DNA of 63,369 nucleotides, the filler included, from Octopus bimaculoides (taxonomy: Eukaryota): NCBI RefSeq assembly GCF_001194135.2. It is 8 parts of 7 records of this genome, joined end to end, with 100 filler letters (N's around TTAATTAATTAA, not from the genome) between each part and the next. Parts side by side here need not be neighbours in the genome. Positions count along the whole stretch, not along the records: positions 36,782 to 40,822 come from NC_068986.1; positions 40,923 to 45,816 come from NC_068998.1; positions 45,917 to 57,924 come from NC_068994.1; 5 more parts are not named here. One strand, given 5' to 3'. The stretch's first letter is position 1. Each line of letters begins with the position of its first letter. A program made the translations under genes and the position numbers. The notes below the pieces were generated by a model that was given only the letters and a program-made list of their open reading frames with translations, did no database searches and was not told the origin of the DNA. This document shows positions 38,811 through 50,717 of the stretch, one piece after another.

Positions 38811-39228
38811 TGATATCGAAAAAGTGAAAACAAGCAATGTTAAATCTCTGAATAACTTCACTGGAAAAAGACTTATATATTGCCAAGGGATTGTCATTCT
38901 CATCGAAAGGCGATTATCGTACGCTGAAGAAGGGAAATAACCCTGAAACTCGGGTACGTACGTATCGCAGATCAAGATGGGAGGGATAACTTCCCTTGGC
39001 AAAAATAGACAGAACACAGATATGTGTCGCTAAGCCAGCTGGAGGAGATGTTCTCCTGGGGCTAAAGGCAACAGTAACATCCACCCTTAGGGGTCAGCCA
39101 CATTTAAATGGCAAATATACTTCACTTTATCGTGCAGTTACTGTTAACACCTCGTTCAGAGATTTAACATTGCTTGCTTTCACTTTTTCGATATCAGTGA
39201 ATAACTTCACTGGAAAAAGACTTATATA
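38811..39228 (+). mobile_element. Penelope-like / non-LTR retrozyme unit (about 349-nt monomer, start of a second copy, inverted 5' piece)
   Basis: 31-nt direct repeat at 38849-38879 and 39198-39228 (period 349). 42-nt inverted copy: 38811-38852 vs 39155-39196, 1 mismatch. Contains the hammerhead. Runs into a gap. Confidence 0.65.
38911..38967 (+). ncRNA. Minimal type I hammerhead ribozyme
   Basis: CTGAAGA (38924-38930), stem II AGGG/CCCT with loop AAATAA, GAAA, short stem III AC..GT, cleavage triplet GUA (38954-38956), stem I CGTACG/CGTACG plus CGAT/ATCG. Confidence 0.8.
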
Positions 39229-39585
39229 NNNNNNNNNNNNNNNNNNNNNNNNNNNNNNNNNNNNNNNNNNNNNNNNNNNNNNNNNNNNNNNNNNNNNNNN
39301 NNNNNNNNNNNNNNNNNNNNNNNNNNNNNNNNNNNNNNNNNNNNNNNNNNNNNNNNNNNNNNNNNNNNNNNNNNNNNNNNNNNNNNNNNNNNNNNNNNNN
39401 NNNNNNNNNNNNNNNNNNNNNNNNNNNNNNNNNNNNNNNNNNNNNNNNNNNNNNNNNNNNNNNNNNNNNNNNNNNNNNNNNNNNNNNNNNNNNNNNNNNN
39501 NNNNNNNNNNNNNNNNNNNNNNNNNNNNNNNNNNNNNNNNNNNNNNNNNNNNNNNNNNNNNNNNNNNNNNNNNNNNNNNNNNNNN

Positions 39586-39613
<28 letters not shown>

Positions 39614-39616
<3 letters not shown>

Positions 39617-39760
39617 CAGAATTCACCAAAAAACAACAACAGATGAAGACAGTTGGTGTAGTAAACAAATAGATGTATTAGTATAACGCTCGGGAATTGA
39701 AAAAGTCTTTAATGTTTCGAGCCTAAGCTCTTCCACAGAAAGCAACACGGAAAGAAACAA
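39614..39760 (-). repeat. Second copy of the hammerhead-like short repeat
   Basis: Reverse strand reads ctttCTGTGGAAGAGCttagGCTCGAAACattaaagactttt, similar to 49092-49220, and ends in a TA run. Confidence 0.55.
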
Positions 39761-40683
39761 GGAGAGCCAAAAAAAATGTGTATAGTGGTTAGCGATCTAT
39801 CATGGCGACACACACATATGTATCCGGATACATGTGAACTGATGGAGGAAGCGGCAATTATTGGGTGAATTATATACATGCACCCGAAGACTCAGAAGTA
39901 TCCCAACACACATACAGACACGTATAACCATAGAAATATATGCAAACACGCGTATTCCATTTATGCATATATGTATTTAGATAACTATGCGTGCATTTCT
40001 GTATGTATTCGTGTATCTATACATGCATGTATATATATATGCGATCTTTTCTATATTTATGTGACAATTAGTGCGTATGCTGTTTCAGTATATCCGTTTG
40101 AGTTTGAAATTTGCTAGTTTGCTTGGTTCATAACAATAACCATATGACCACGGATCTTGATATGGTGCTGACCTAGTGAAAGATTTCCATAGAATCTATT
40201 TCTTCTTAGACAGGAATAATTCGATTCCATTGTACGTATTTAGAATAGCAAGTTTGTTCTGGCCGACTGATATTTTGGGCAATTGAGAACAAAGACGAAT
40301 GGAACAGAGCTACGATCACGCTGTTAATAAAATGAGGAAGAAGTTAAAAATAAAAATTAAAAAAAGATCGAAGCAACTGTGCTCATATATTGTCGTTGTT
40401 AGCGGTGAAGTACTTCTTGGTCGATGCTGGGGTTAAATTTAACTGATAATAAGGTAGAGAATTTTGAACAACGTTGGGCCAGAGTTTAACTATGTTAGAT
40501 TTTAACATATAAAGATACAGGTATTCGTACACGAACACACGAATACGCATGCGCACACATACATACACAACATACACATATACGCAGATATTAGTATATA
40601 GTGAGAACATGTGAGCATGTGTGATTATTTTAGAGACATCGAAAAACGATCAAATTATGAAATCGAACGTATATATCTCATAA

Positions 40684-40730
<47 letters not shown>

Positions 40731-40787
40731 ATAGCTGTCATCCCTTACACTTTCTCTTCTTCCTCTCCACTCTCTCTCCGTATCTCT

Positions 40788-40822
<35 letters not shown>

Positions 40823-40922
40823 NNNNNNNNNNNNNNNNNNNNNNNNNNNNNNNNNNNNNNNNNNNNTTAATTAATTAANNNNNNNNNNNNNNNNNNNNNN
40901 NNNNNNNNNNNNNNNNNNNNNN

Positions 40923-41340
40923 TCTGTATTACCTGTGAGACTTTTGTATCATCTGCATAACCTGTGACCGTGGCTCTCTGTGTGGCTGAGGGCATGTCTG
41001 AGAGGGCCATTATGAACAGTAGTGGTCCCAAAACAGTGCCTTGCGGAACACCGCTCACTATTTGTGTGTCATTGGAGGTGGCCCTTTGGCTACTACCACC
41101 TGACTTCTATCCTTCAGAAAGTCATGAAACCATTCTCCCAATTTTCCAACTATGCCGAGATCATGCAGTTTGTGACATATCATTCCATGATCGACTTTAT
41201 CAAAGGCTTTTGCAAAGTCGAGATATATCACTTCCACATTTGAGTGGTTAAGTAGCTGTTTTAGCACCCAATCATAGTGTTGTAAGAGCTGAGTTGTTAT
41301 AGAACGAGATTATTGGGGTTTCAAGGGATTGCATCCTTAA
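40923..41340 (-). mobile_element. CR1/L2-type LINE RT fragment
   Basis: VIYLDFAKAFDKVDHG and SGVPQGTVLGPLLF...YADDTKV, frameshifted. Confidence 0.85.
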
Positions 41341-41699
41341 AAGATAGGTGAAAGAGAAAGAAAATGAAGAAAAGTGGAAAGAAAAGGTTAAATAAAAGTA
41401 AAAATAAAATAACATAAAAATAAGAATAAAAATATAAAGAGAAAAACAAAACAATAAACCCAAGAAAGAAAACAATAATATCAAGCTAAAAATAGAAGGT
41501 AACGTAAGACGAAAAAGTAAGAATAACAAAAATCCAGTAAGTTTTCTGTTATCTCTTTCTGAAAGTTCAGGGGGGTAAACCTTAATTCATGTTTACAATT
41601 TGATTATTAGCTCGGATCGCTTATTAAGAAGCTGTTCCCTTTCGGTGAAAAGGATTTCCAAGGATTTACGGAGGTAAAGCTTGCAAGCTATCCTATTAT

Positions 41700-41960
41700 T
41701 TAATTTCGTAGCTAGAATTTTGGAATTGAGTGAATACATTCGGTTAACATGGTAGAAGATTTTAGTTTAACATTACGAAAAAGTATGTCCATAAGTGGAG
41801 GTTCTGAGTTTCACTGGATTAGTTGAAGATCCGCAGTAAAATCAGATAGTGGAACGGGTACTAACTACACACTCTTACACCACATTAGCATGAGTGCAAT
41901 CTCCATCCCAGGGACACTTTTTCTCCACTGTAGTTACACCTGTTTTCCAATGGATGGGAT
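41700..41960 (-). mobile_element. Penelope-like GIY-YIG fragment
   Basis: KKCPWDGDCTHANVV..C.V....FYCGSST resembles the CPlxGxC...VVY...YIG motif. Confidence 0.45.
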
Positions 41961-42469
41961 GCTAATGGTATTACAGGGGGTCCATTATCCGTAGTAGTTG
42001 AGGTATGGTGAATCTTCGGCGCTTGTACCCGGCACAGTTGTAGAGGATAGGATTAGGAAATCGGATTCAGTGCCAGCCGGAACTACCTTAGACTGCTCAG
42101 TATTACTCTACATAGAAAGTTTAGGGGTAACGTCCGTTGGCTGAGAGGAGGGGAGTCAGAACTATAATTTCTAGAAGAAGATATGATAGGTTCTTAGGGG
42201 TTGCGGAACAGGATAGTTTATTCGTTTTCTTATTAAAAATTCCCTGATACCTAATATTAGTGAGAAAGGCTACCCTCCATGAACTTACTATGTCCGATAT
42301 ATCCACAGAATGTCATAGATCTGGAAATGGATTAGCCACTGATGCTTCTAATAGCAGCTATAATTAAAGAACGACTAACAGGAAAGGCAAAAGAGTAGAG
42401 CAAGTTAAACCTCAGAACGCTGAGCATCCTACAACTACATCGAACCTGGGAGCCAGCTATAGGCATACA

Positions 42470-42610
42470 AATGATAGAAAACTTAGAAGGTACCAATTAT
42501 ATTGGTATAATCCTCCATTTGCAAATATCATCAAAATCTCAATTTCGCGCGCTTTCTATAAACTGCAAGATAAAAATTCCCCATCTCCTTTACATAGAAT
42601 TGTAGGGGTC
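42470..42610 (+). mobile_element. Penelope-like linker fragment
   Basis: YWYNPPFANIIKISISRAFYKLQDKNSPSPLHRI matches the PLE WYNPPF...F..L.dk.fp...LH.I motif. Confidence 0.65.
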
Positions 42611-42838
42611 AACAGGTGCCTGATTAGAATGCCGTTTTGATTAAAGAATACAGCAATGTTCACACAATAATGAGAGAACCTGGGATATTTAGTATCTTTT
42701 GGTGGTGATGGTGGTGATGGTTGTAATGTTGGTGGAGTGTTGTTGGTAGTAGTGGTAGTTGTCGTAAGTTCAGTAAGTTGAGAGAAATAGAAATCATTAT
42801 TGTAGTGATAGAAGACACAAAGAGAAAAAAGAAAATAC

Positions 42839-42895
42839 ATCGATGTGGCAGAGATAGGGTGGAACAGCTTCACATGTGTATCCGTGTTAATGTCA
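42839..42895 (-). CDS. Candidate exon upstream of the LRRs (57 nt, phase 2-2): DINTDTHVKLFHPISATS(I)
   Basis: Long polypyrimidine acceptor tttttcattcttttcattcag, donor gtattt. Phase fits LRR exon 1 and gives TSI-YLNNN. Motif support is weak. Confidence 0.3.
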
Positions 42896-43822
42896 CTGAA
42901 TGAAAAGAATGAAAAAGTAGAAAATAATTCTGATATAAATCTTTCTTTCCTAGCTTATAATAAATAGATTTTTTCAGAGAAAAACATCATTATTGCTGCA
43001 ATCGCATTCACCACCACCATCCCCATCATCATCATCATCAACACCACCACCATCCTCCTCATCATCATCAACACCGCCACCATTGCTCTTGCTGTCATCG
43101 TCCAACATTACGCTGTCCAAGATATGGCAAACAGTATTTTCCACACACACCACTGGACAATTTATTGAAACCGTGTCGTCATTAATTACAATTTTTTTGT
43201 CTCAAGGGAAATTACAATAAAACAACAGTGACAGTGACAGCACTCAGCACAGCTTACATGACCGTATTCTCCACCACTATTTCAAAAACAGTAACACCAA
43301 TAAACTGTGCAGCTCTTCAAAGCATTATCACCAGCAACACAAGAACAACAACAGTAATTGAGACCAAAAGGATATTAACAACAATAGCAACCATAATTTC
43401 TCTTTACTTGACACACATAGCTACAACATTTGTGAGAAAAAACTATAGTTAACTAGATATATTACTGTTATTTATTCAACTAAGAAGAGTTCAACTGAGC
43501 TTCCAGTCATACTTAGACTCGCACTCTACCATCTCTGTCATAATAGATGCACATATCTGCATCTAATATGCAGCTGTCATATTTACACCTTACCTTTGCA
43601 TCATTTACGAGCTTTTCATTAGTGATACCATGGATTTCATTAATCTATCTCGCTCAGATCAACACTAAGTACTTCTCGAATTCTTTTCTACCTCATCCTG
43701 AGTGTGCCTGTCAACACCGAATCATTATGGATCTTTCCTGGATCTATTTGTGTGTGTGTATATATATATATATATTGATATACCTTTGCTCTCTCTTTCT
43801 CTCTCTCTTTAGTTTGTTATAT

Positions 43823-43873
<51 letters not shown>

Positions 43874-43904
43874 CGTGCATAAATATATATATATTTATAC
43901 TTGC

Positions 43905-44055
43905 AGGTATTGGTAGTGCAAATCAGAGGTGCAATCTGTGTGGGTGTTTTTTCAAAACACTGTCTGGTTTAAAAAGCCACATCAGACGCCATGAAAGGGC
44001 TAAGGTGTAGGTGCAGGAGGTGGTCAAACTCTGTTTAAGGAGTAGACAACCACCA
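43905..44055 (+). mobile_element. RTE-like LINE 3' end
   Basis: RCNLCGCFFKTLSGLKSHIRRHERAKV* followed by a short 3' UTR and a TA run. Confidence 0.55.
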
Positions 44056-44312
44056 TATATANNNNNNNNNNNNNNNNNNNNNNNNNNNNNNNNNNNNNNN
44101 NNNNNNNNNNNNNNNNNNNNNNNNNNNNNNNNNNNNNNNNNNNNNNNNNNNNNNNNNNNNNNNNNNNNNNNNNNNNNNNNNNNNNNNNNNNNNNNNNNNN
44201 NNNNNNNNNNNNNNNNNNNNNNNNNNNNNNNNNNNNNNNNNNNNNNNNNNNNNNNNNNNNNNNNNNNNNNNNNNNNNNNNNNNNNNNNNNNNNNNNNNNN
44301 NNNNNNNNNNNN

Positions 44313-44350
<38 letters not shown>

Positions 44351-44369
44351 CTATTCTGCTTTTCACTGT

Positions 44370-45735
44370 TTAAATCTTCCTCTGATGAAGGATCTGGTTT
44401 CTAACAAAGACACAAAGCTCCATCGTTGGAATGTAGATAACAAAAACAATGACAGGTTTTAAACTTGAGGTATGTTTTGCATATTATTACTGTTCCACTT
44501 ACAGATTGTATTTATAATGTGCGAGTTGGTTGATTTTTGTTTTTCTAAAAACCTTAATTTATCCAGATTGTGACTTAGGTATTCACTCACAAAATCAAGT
44601 GTATCAATTATTATTGGTATAAATGTGAATCTATAATCTGGATGTAGAAGCTGGAAGTTTTGAATCAGTTGTCCATTGTTATCCTCTTTCTTTTTGATTT
44701 TCATAGAAATATTCACTTCAGTAAGACACCTGACCTCTATGGTGGTACATACATTTCCTTGTCTGTCCCAAGCAACAACCGGCCTGCTATGTTTACACTT
44801 GACAGATATTTCGATGGGAACGTTCCCCCAGTATTCCTGGTGCTGATATTTGTGTAAGTATTCAATAACAAGGAATTCTCTATATTTATTCCGGGAATAT
44901 CTTTTTTTCCGAATGGGATTATATTACTTTTACGACTACATCGTGTCGCTTAGAGAAGTAGTACCTTGATGACATTTTTGGGCAGCTGCTAATCACATGT
45001 GTGATGTCTTCCACAGAAATATGATATAATCTACATTTTTGGTTGCGTCTTGGAACTCCAAGGGCTTCACTGTCTTTTTTGTTTATTAGATATTTAGTGG
45101 CAGTCTCCTGCTCTTGGATAGTCAATGCACAGCCTTTGAAGTGTGATGTGATGCAGTGGTCACGAGTCTAGGAGAGGCTTCACTTCATGTTGTCTTCAAG
45201 TCTTTGGGAAACATACCTATACATAGTCTTTTTTCCATTTTCCAATATACCGAGCATTTCACATCCAGGTTTTCTTTGTGGTATGTTAGTCTTGCAGTTC
45301 TGGAGTTGTATGGGAAGTTATCAGAAAGAGAGTGCTTCCTGAGGAGCTCACTGCCGACACGTAGGATAGTTCTCTTAATTTTTCAGCATTAAATTAATGC
45401 ATTTATTCCTGCTGCTGCTATTGTTTAGCAAGTGCTGTCTAAGAGGGACTATTTGACATTCTAAGATTGTCTACACTGATCTCAAACCTATACTTCCTTC
45501 ATTTCTTCTTCGGTAGAGCCTGTCGACATCACTATTTCTTTAGAGATTTCTAGTTGGTGTCAGGACTTTGCGAGTGTTAACGTCTATGGAGTAGATTTCC
45601 TCTACAGACCAATCAAGTATCCCAAATGTTGGGATCAGCACTGATTCTGGAAATGCATGGTGGGATATTGTCTGATGTAAGAGGAATGTTCCAACCCATG
45701 CCACTCTATCGTTATTCACTGTAATTTCATGCATG
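44370..45735 (-). mobile_element. R4/Dong-like retrotransposon 3' half (post-RT, CCHC finger, endonuclease, 3' UTR), decayed
   Basis: FGILDW..EEI..ID..TRK.LT, CRL...EDITHVISSCP...RHD.V, IPIII..L. Flanked on both sides by (TG)n. Confidence 0.8.
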
Positions 45736-45749
45736 TATGTATTTAGTAT

Positions 45750-45816
<67 letters not shown>

Positions 45817-45959
45817 NNNNNNNNNNNNNNNNNNNNNNNNNNNNNNNNNNNNNNNNNNNNTTAATTAATTAANNNNNNNNNNNNNNNNNNNNNNNNNNNN
45901 NNNNNNNNNNNNNNNNGTGTGTGCGTGTGTGTGTATTTGTGCGTGCGTGCGTGCCAGCT

Positions 45960-46110
45960 CCTGTTAAACCGCCCAACCCATGCCAGCATAGAAAACAGAT
46001 GTGTACGAGTGGTTCAGACGTTTCCAAGATGGCCGAAAACAATGTCGATATTGGCGAACGTTCTGGGAGACCCGCAACCAGCAGAACTGAGAAAAACATC
46101 GCAGATGTGC
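45960..46110 (+). mobile_element. mariner transposase HTH fragment
   Basis: VYEWFRRFQDGR...ERSGRPATSRTEKNIADVR with a frameshift. Confidence 0.7.
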
Positions 46111-46249
46111 GTGCAGAGCTGTGAGGTCGACTTTGCCTTTCACCTTTTCGGGGTCGATAAATTAAGTACCAGTTGCGTACTGGGATCGACCTAATTGACT
46201 GCCCCCACCCCTCCCCCAAAATATCTGGCTGGTTGTGGTTTAACTTGGT

Positions 46250-46540
46250 GACTGTTACAATTCACGTAACTCTGGAGGAGATTCAGCGTGACACAGAGTG
46301 TGACAAGGCTTGACCCTTTTGAATTACAGGTACAACAGAAACAGGAAGTAAGAGTGAGAGAAAGTTGTGGTGAGAGAGTACAGCAGGGTTGGCCACCATC
46401 CCCTGCCGGAGCCTCCTGGAGCTTTACATCTTTTGACTCAATAAGCACTGGGAATTGAAACCACGCCTGGTCTGGGAATTGAAACCACGATCCTATGACC
46501 GCGAGTCCGCAGCCGTAACCACTGGGCCATTGCGCCTCCT
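46250..46540 (-). mobile_element. tRNA-derived SINE (family C), reverse copy
   Basis: Reverse complement similar to 14530-14891. Another reverse copy at about 9985-10138. Confidence 0.75.
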
Positions 46541-46711
46541 CACTCACATACACACACGCTATGTATGTACGTGTATGCATACCTACATATATATATATAC
46601 ATATACGTGCGTACACACACATATACATATATGTATGTGTATATGTACATACACATATATACATGTATATATGCATATACAAATATGTATATATATATGT
46701 ATATATATATG

Positions 46712-46783
<72 letters not shown>

Positions 46784-47010
46784 CATACATATATATATAT
46801 AGGTATACATATGTACACACACATATATGTATGTACGTATATCTCTAGACACATTTATAACACCTCTATGAGCATGTATGCGTATATACATGCACAGGCA
46901 TATCGTTGCACATGCATGAAAGTGTGTGTGTGTGCGTGCGTGCATGTGAGAGTGTGTGTGTATGTATGTATGTGTGAGAGTGTGTGTGTGTGTGTATTAT
47001 GTTTGTGTGA
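46541..47010. repeat. Compound (TA)n/(CA)n microsatellite field
   Basis: Direct inspection. Similar fields at 52050-53210, 54900-56040 and 57520-57925. Source of the YIYI and CVCV ORFs. Confidence 0.95.
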
Positions 47011-47738
47011 ATGTTTCTGCTACAAATGCACGTTTATTGTTAAGATTTTTAGATTTTTAGAAAAGGTAAAAAAAAAAAAAAAACGAAAAACGAAAAATGA
47101 AGAAGGGAAAAAAAAAAAAGATCTTCCACACTTAAAATATATGTGAAGTGTTATGTATAAAATTCCTATGTAATTACTTCTATCTCTGTTAAGAAGTGGT
47201 ATTTAGCAATTACTATAATTGACGTTTACGTAGATATATGGCTGCAGAAAGCTGTTCAGTGTGGATTGGCTTTTAAGCATAAGATTTTGATGGTGTGCTT
47301 GGTTTCGTCTTTGCGAGAAGAGCTGACAGATAGTTAATGGAGGAAGCTTTACCGAGCGTCGACATTCCGTTGCGACGTCTCTCATAAGTGCGCAGGCGCG
47401 TTACTAGATTATTTGGAGTCATTCGACTTGCGATCGTAAAGTCATGGGTTCAATACTTGCCTGCGCGTTGTGTCCTTCAGCCAGACATTTTATTTCAAGT
47501 TGACTCCAGTCGACTCAGCGGGTAAAAAAATAAGTCGTACCTGTATTTCAAAGGGCCCGCCTCGTCACATTCTGTGTCTTGCTGAACCTTTCTGAGAACT
47601 ACTTTAGCCCTTTGAACCCCAGGTAAAAAAATGGTTTCCCACTTAATATTGTTTCAGTATCACAAAAATGTGTTTTCTGTGTCTCATATTGAAATAAAAT
47701 GCCAAATAGAGGGCAACATTATCCTCACTCCCATATAC

Positions 47739-47772
<34 letters not shown>

Positions 47773-48084
47773 CTATATATACGATGGGCTTCTTTCAGTT
47801 TCCGTCGACCAAATCTACTCACAAGGTTTTGGTGGGCCCGGGGCTATAGTAGAAGACACTTGTACAAGGTGCCACACAGCAGGATTGAACCTGGAACCAT
47901 GTGGTTGGGAAGCAAGCTTCTTACCACAACTCCCCCCCCCCTGACACACACGGACACACAAACACACGCACACACACACATACGACACAAACACAGACAG
48001 ACACACACACACGCACATTGTATGTGTGTGTGTATATGTGTGTACGTCGCACGTACATGCGATTGTATGCTTATGTCCATTCCA

Positions 48085-48310
48085 ATAAACTCATCATGAA
48101 TCAAGAATTTCTAGAATGTTTTACAAATTTTACAAATTCGATCGATTAGTTCAATGCTAATCGATCGAATTGGTAGGATGTGGATCCGCTGGCTTTCTTC
48201 TTTCTTAGAGAAACTCCAGCATTTCTAGGCTTTTATGGAAATCTATTGTAGCATGGCCCAGTGCGTCTATGATAATAGGGAGGAATGGAAATGTGTAGGA
48301 GCTGTACATT
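48085..48310 (-). mobile_element. R4/Dong-like 3' fragment
   Basis: FLPIIIDALGHAT..FHKSLEMLEF, similar to 48917-49095. Confidence 0.5.
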
Positions 48311-48344
48311 GCTGAATTAGTTTCTATGTATGTATGTATGTATG

Positions 48345-48685
48345 TGAAGGCGCATGGCTCAGTGGTTAGAGCGTCGAGCTTACGATCGTGAGGTTGTGGG
48401 TTCGATTCCCGGACCGGGCTGCGTGTTGTGTTCTTGAGCAAGACACTTTATTTCACTTTGCTCCAGTTCACTCAGCTGTAGAGATGAGTTGCGACGTCAC
48501 TGGTGCCAAGCTGTATCGGCCCCTTTGCCTTTCCCTTGGATAACATCAGTGATGCGGAGAAGGGAGGCTGGTATGCTTGGGCAACTACTGGTTTTCCATA
48601 AACAACCTTGCCTGGACTTGTGCCTTGGAGGGGAACTTTCTAGGTGCAATCCCATGGTCAGTCATGACTGAAGGGGGTCTCTCCT
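48345..48685 (+). mobile_element. tRNA-derived SINE
   Basis: Head ggctcagtggttagagcg...gggttcgattccc with a shared core. Its tail recurs inverted at 59470-59630. Confidence 0.8.
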
Positions 48686-48729
48686 CTCTCTCCTCCATGT
48701 ATGTATGTATGTATGTATGTATGTATGTA

Positions 48730-49095
48730 TATCATTGTTCAGCTTTATTTCAAGATGTCTTACTAATTGAGAAAGATCCGGTTTCTAACCCAAATCCAAG
48801 GCTCCTTCATTGGAATTTCAGCATCAACATGTATTTTTGTTTGTATGTATGTATGTATGTATGTATCTATGTATTCTCATGCATATAGTTACATATATAG
48901 ACATGCTCATATATATTTAAATGATAAACTTCTGGAAAGTTTTACAGATTTTTACAGTTCCAGTGATGGACTGGATCTGTAGTCTTCGAATCAGCTTTCT
49001 CCTTTCTGGTTTTGAGAAGCCTAATTTCTCAAGATTGGTATTTAGGTAGTGTGTCACATATCCCAGGGCTCCAATAATTACAGGTATAATCCTTT
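48730..49095 (-). mobile_element. R4/Dong-like 3' end plus 3' UTR
   Basis: IIPVIIGALGYVTHYLNTNLEKLGFSKPERRKLIRRLQIQSITGTVKICKTF. UTR motif gaaagatccggtttctaac is shared with 44385-44430 and 60490-60610. Confidence 0.75.
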
Positions 49096-49220
49096 CTGTC
49101 GAAGAGCGTAGGCTCGAAACGTCAAAGACTTTTCCATTCTTGCCGAGCATTAAAATAATACACCTGCTTGTTGTTCCTACACCTGTCTTCGTCTTTTATT
49201 TTCTGTAAATTAGAACTATA
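49092..49220 (+). repeat. Short interspersed repeat with a variant hammerhead-like core
   Basis: cttt-CTGTCGA-A-GAGC gtag GCTC-GAAAC-GTC-aaag. Same family as the reverse copy at 39614-39760. Confidence 0.55.
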
Positions 49221-49442
49221 TGAGGGGGTGTAGGTGAACAGTTCCTGGCCTTGAGTAAAAGAGAATACAGGAAGATCAGTTAATTATGATTTTATTCAAC
49301 GTATTCCCCTCTCCGATTCATACACTTTCAGCAGCGATCCTTGAGTTTTTCACAGCCCTGTAAAAGAACTCGAAAGGTTGGGCCTCCAGCCAGGCCTTTC
49401 GTGACACCCATAAATCCAGGAACTTTTCAGTAGCCCCTCATA
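49219..49442. mobile_element. mariner-derived MITE (about 220 bp)
   Basis: tatgagggg...agttcctgg and ccaggaacttttcagtagcccctcata are imperfect TIRs with TA ends. Confidence 0.75.
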
Positions 49443-49473
<31 letters not shown>

Positions 49474-50262
49474 ATATATATGTATATACCTGTCTAGGTA
49501 CGTATCTCCCTAACAATCTCTTATTCTCTCGCTTTCTCACTCTCTCTCTCTCTGTATCTATTTGTTTTGTTCATCTGAAAATAGGTTCCCTTACAAGGTG
49601 TCGACATTGCTGCGTGTGCGCGCGCGCGCGCGTGTGAAAAGGCTTCACCACGGCAGGTGCTAATTAAGAGTTCATGTCACTGTGTTATATAAATATTGGT
49701 ATCATAAAGGAAACACGACAGCAATAACAACGACAACAACAGCAACATCAACAACTTCCAATGAAAAAAAAAAAGGGAGAGAAAATATCAAAGAGGAGTG
49801 GTGAGAGTAGCAGAGGAAAAGGAAAAAGGGAAAAAGGTGAGGAGTTGTGAGACGATGAATACTTAAGTTGGTTAGAGGAGACTTTAATAAATACTGTGTA
49901 TACACAGGTGTGCATGTGTGTTTGTATATATATATATACACACATATATACACATATATATGCATGTATGCGTGTGTATTTGCGTGCCCGTGTCTATGTA
50001 TGTGTGTATCTATGATCGAGAGAGCGGAAACAGCATTCCTTTGCTTCCACTGTTGGAGATGTTGGATGCAGTAAGTGATTTCTGCACATGCGCACTGTAA
50101 TCATATATATATAGTCAGGCGAACCAAACTACTTTCACTTTCACTATCATTTTCGTTTTCTTGCTCGCTCGCTCGTTCTATTCCTTCCGCCCATCCTTCC
50201 TTCTTTATTCCTCTCCTCCCTCTCACATTTTCTCGGTCCTCTCTGTCTGTCTATCTGTCTAC

Positions 50263-50341
<79 letters not shown>

Positions 50342-50683
50342 ACACACACACACACTTCTGCTTTACTCTTATTCCACTAACGACCAGCAGAAAATAAATG
50401 CTTCACCGTCGTCGTAGCTGCTTAGCCTCGTCGACATTTTGGTGCTGGTGGTTTTGCGCCTCTTGTTCTTCTCTTCTTCTTTCCCCGCCTCCTCCTCCTC
50501 GTCCTTCTCATCATCATCATCATCACCTTTATCACCATCATCACCATCATCATCATCATTGTCCTCTTCCGTATCTTTTTCATTTCGTTTTCTTTAACCA
50601 TCCTCTTTTTTTCTCTTTCAATCCATTCTGAATTGTTTGGTGTAGTCTTCTTACACACACACACACACACACAGATATGTATA

Positions 50684-50717
<34 letters not shown>

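Noticed and set aside
40236-40320. Minus-strand signal-peptide-like VIVALFHSSLFSIAQNISRPEQTCYSKY after a good acceptor
   Set aside because: No convincing donor in a phase compatible with the LRR exons, and a stop follows shortly.
48345-48425. tRNA-like sequence
   Set aside because: It is a SINE head: no complete cloverleaf or acceptor stem, and it continues into the SINE core.
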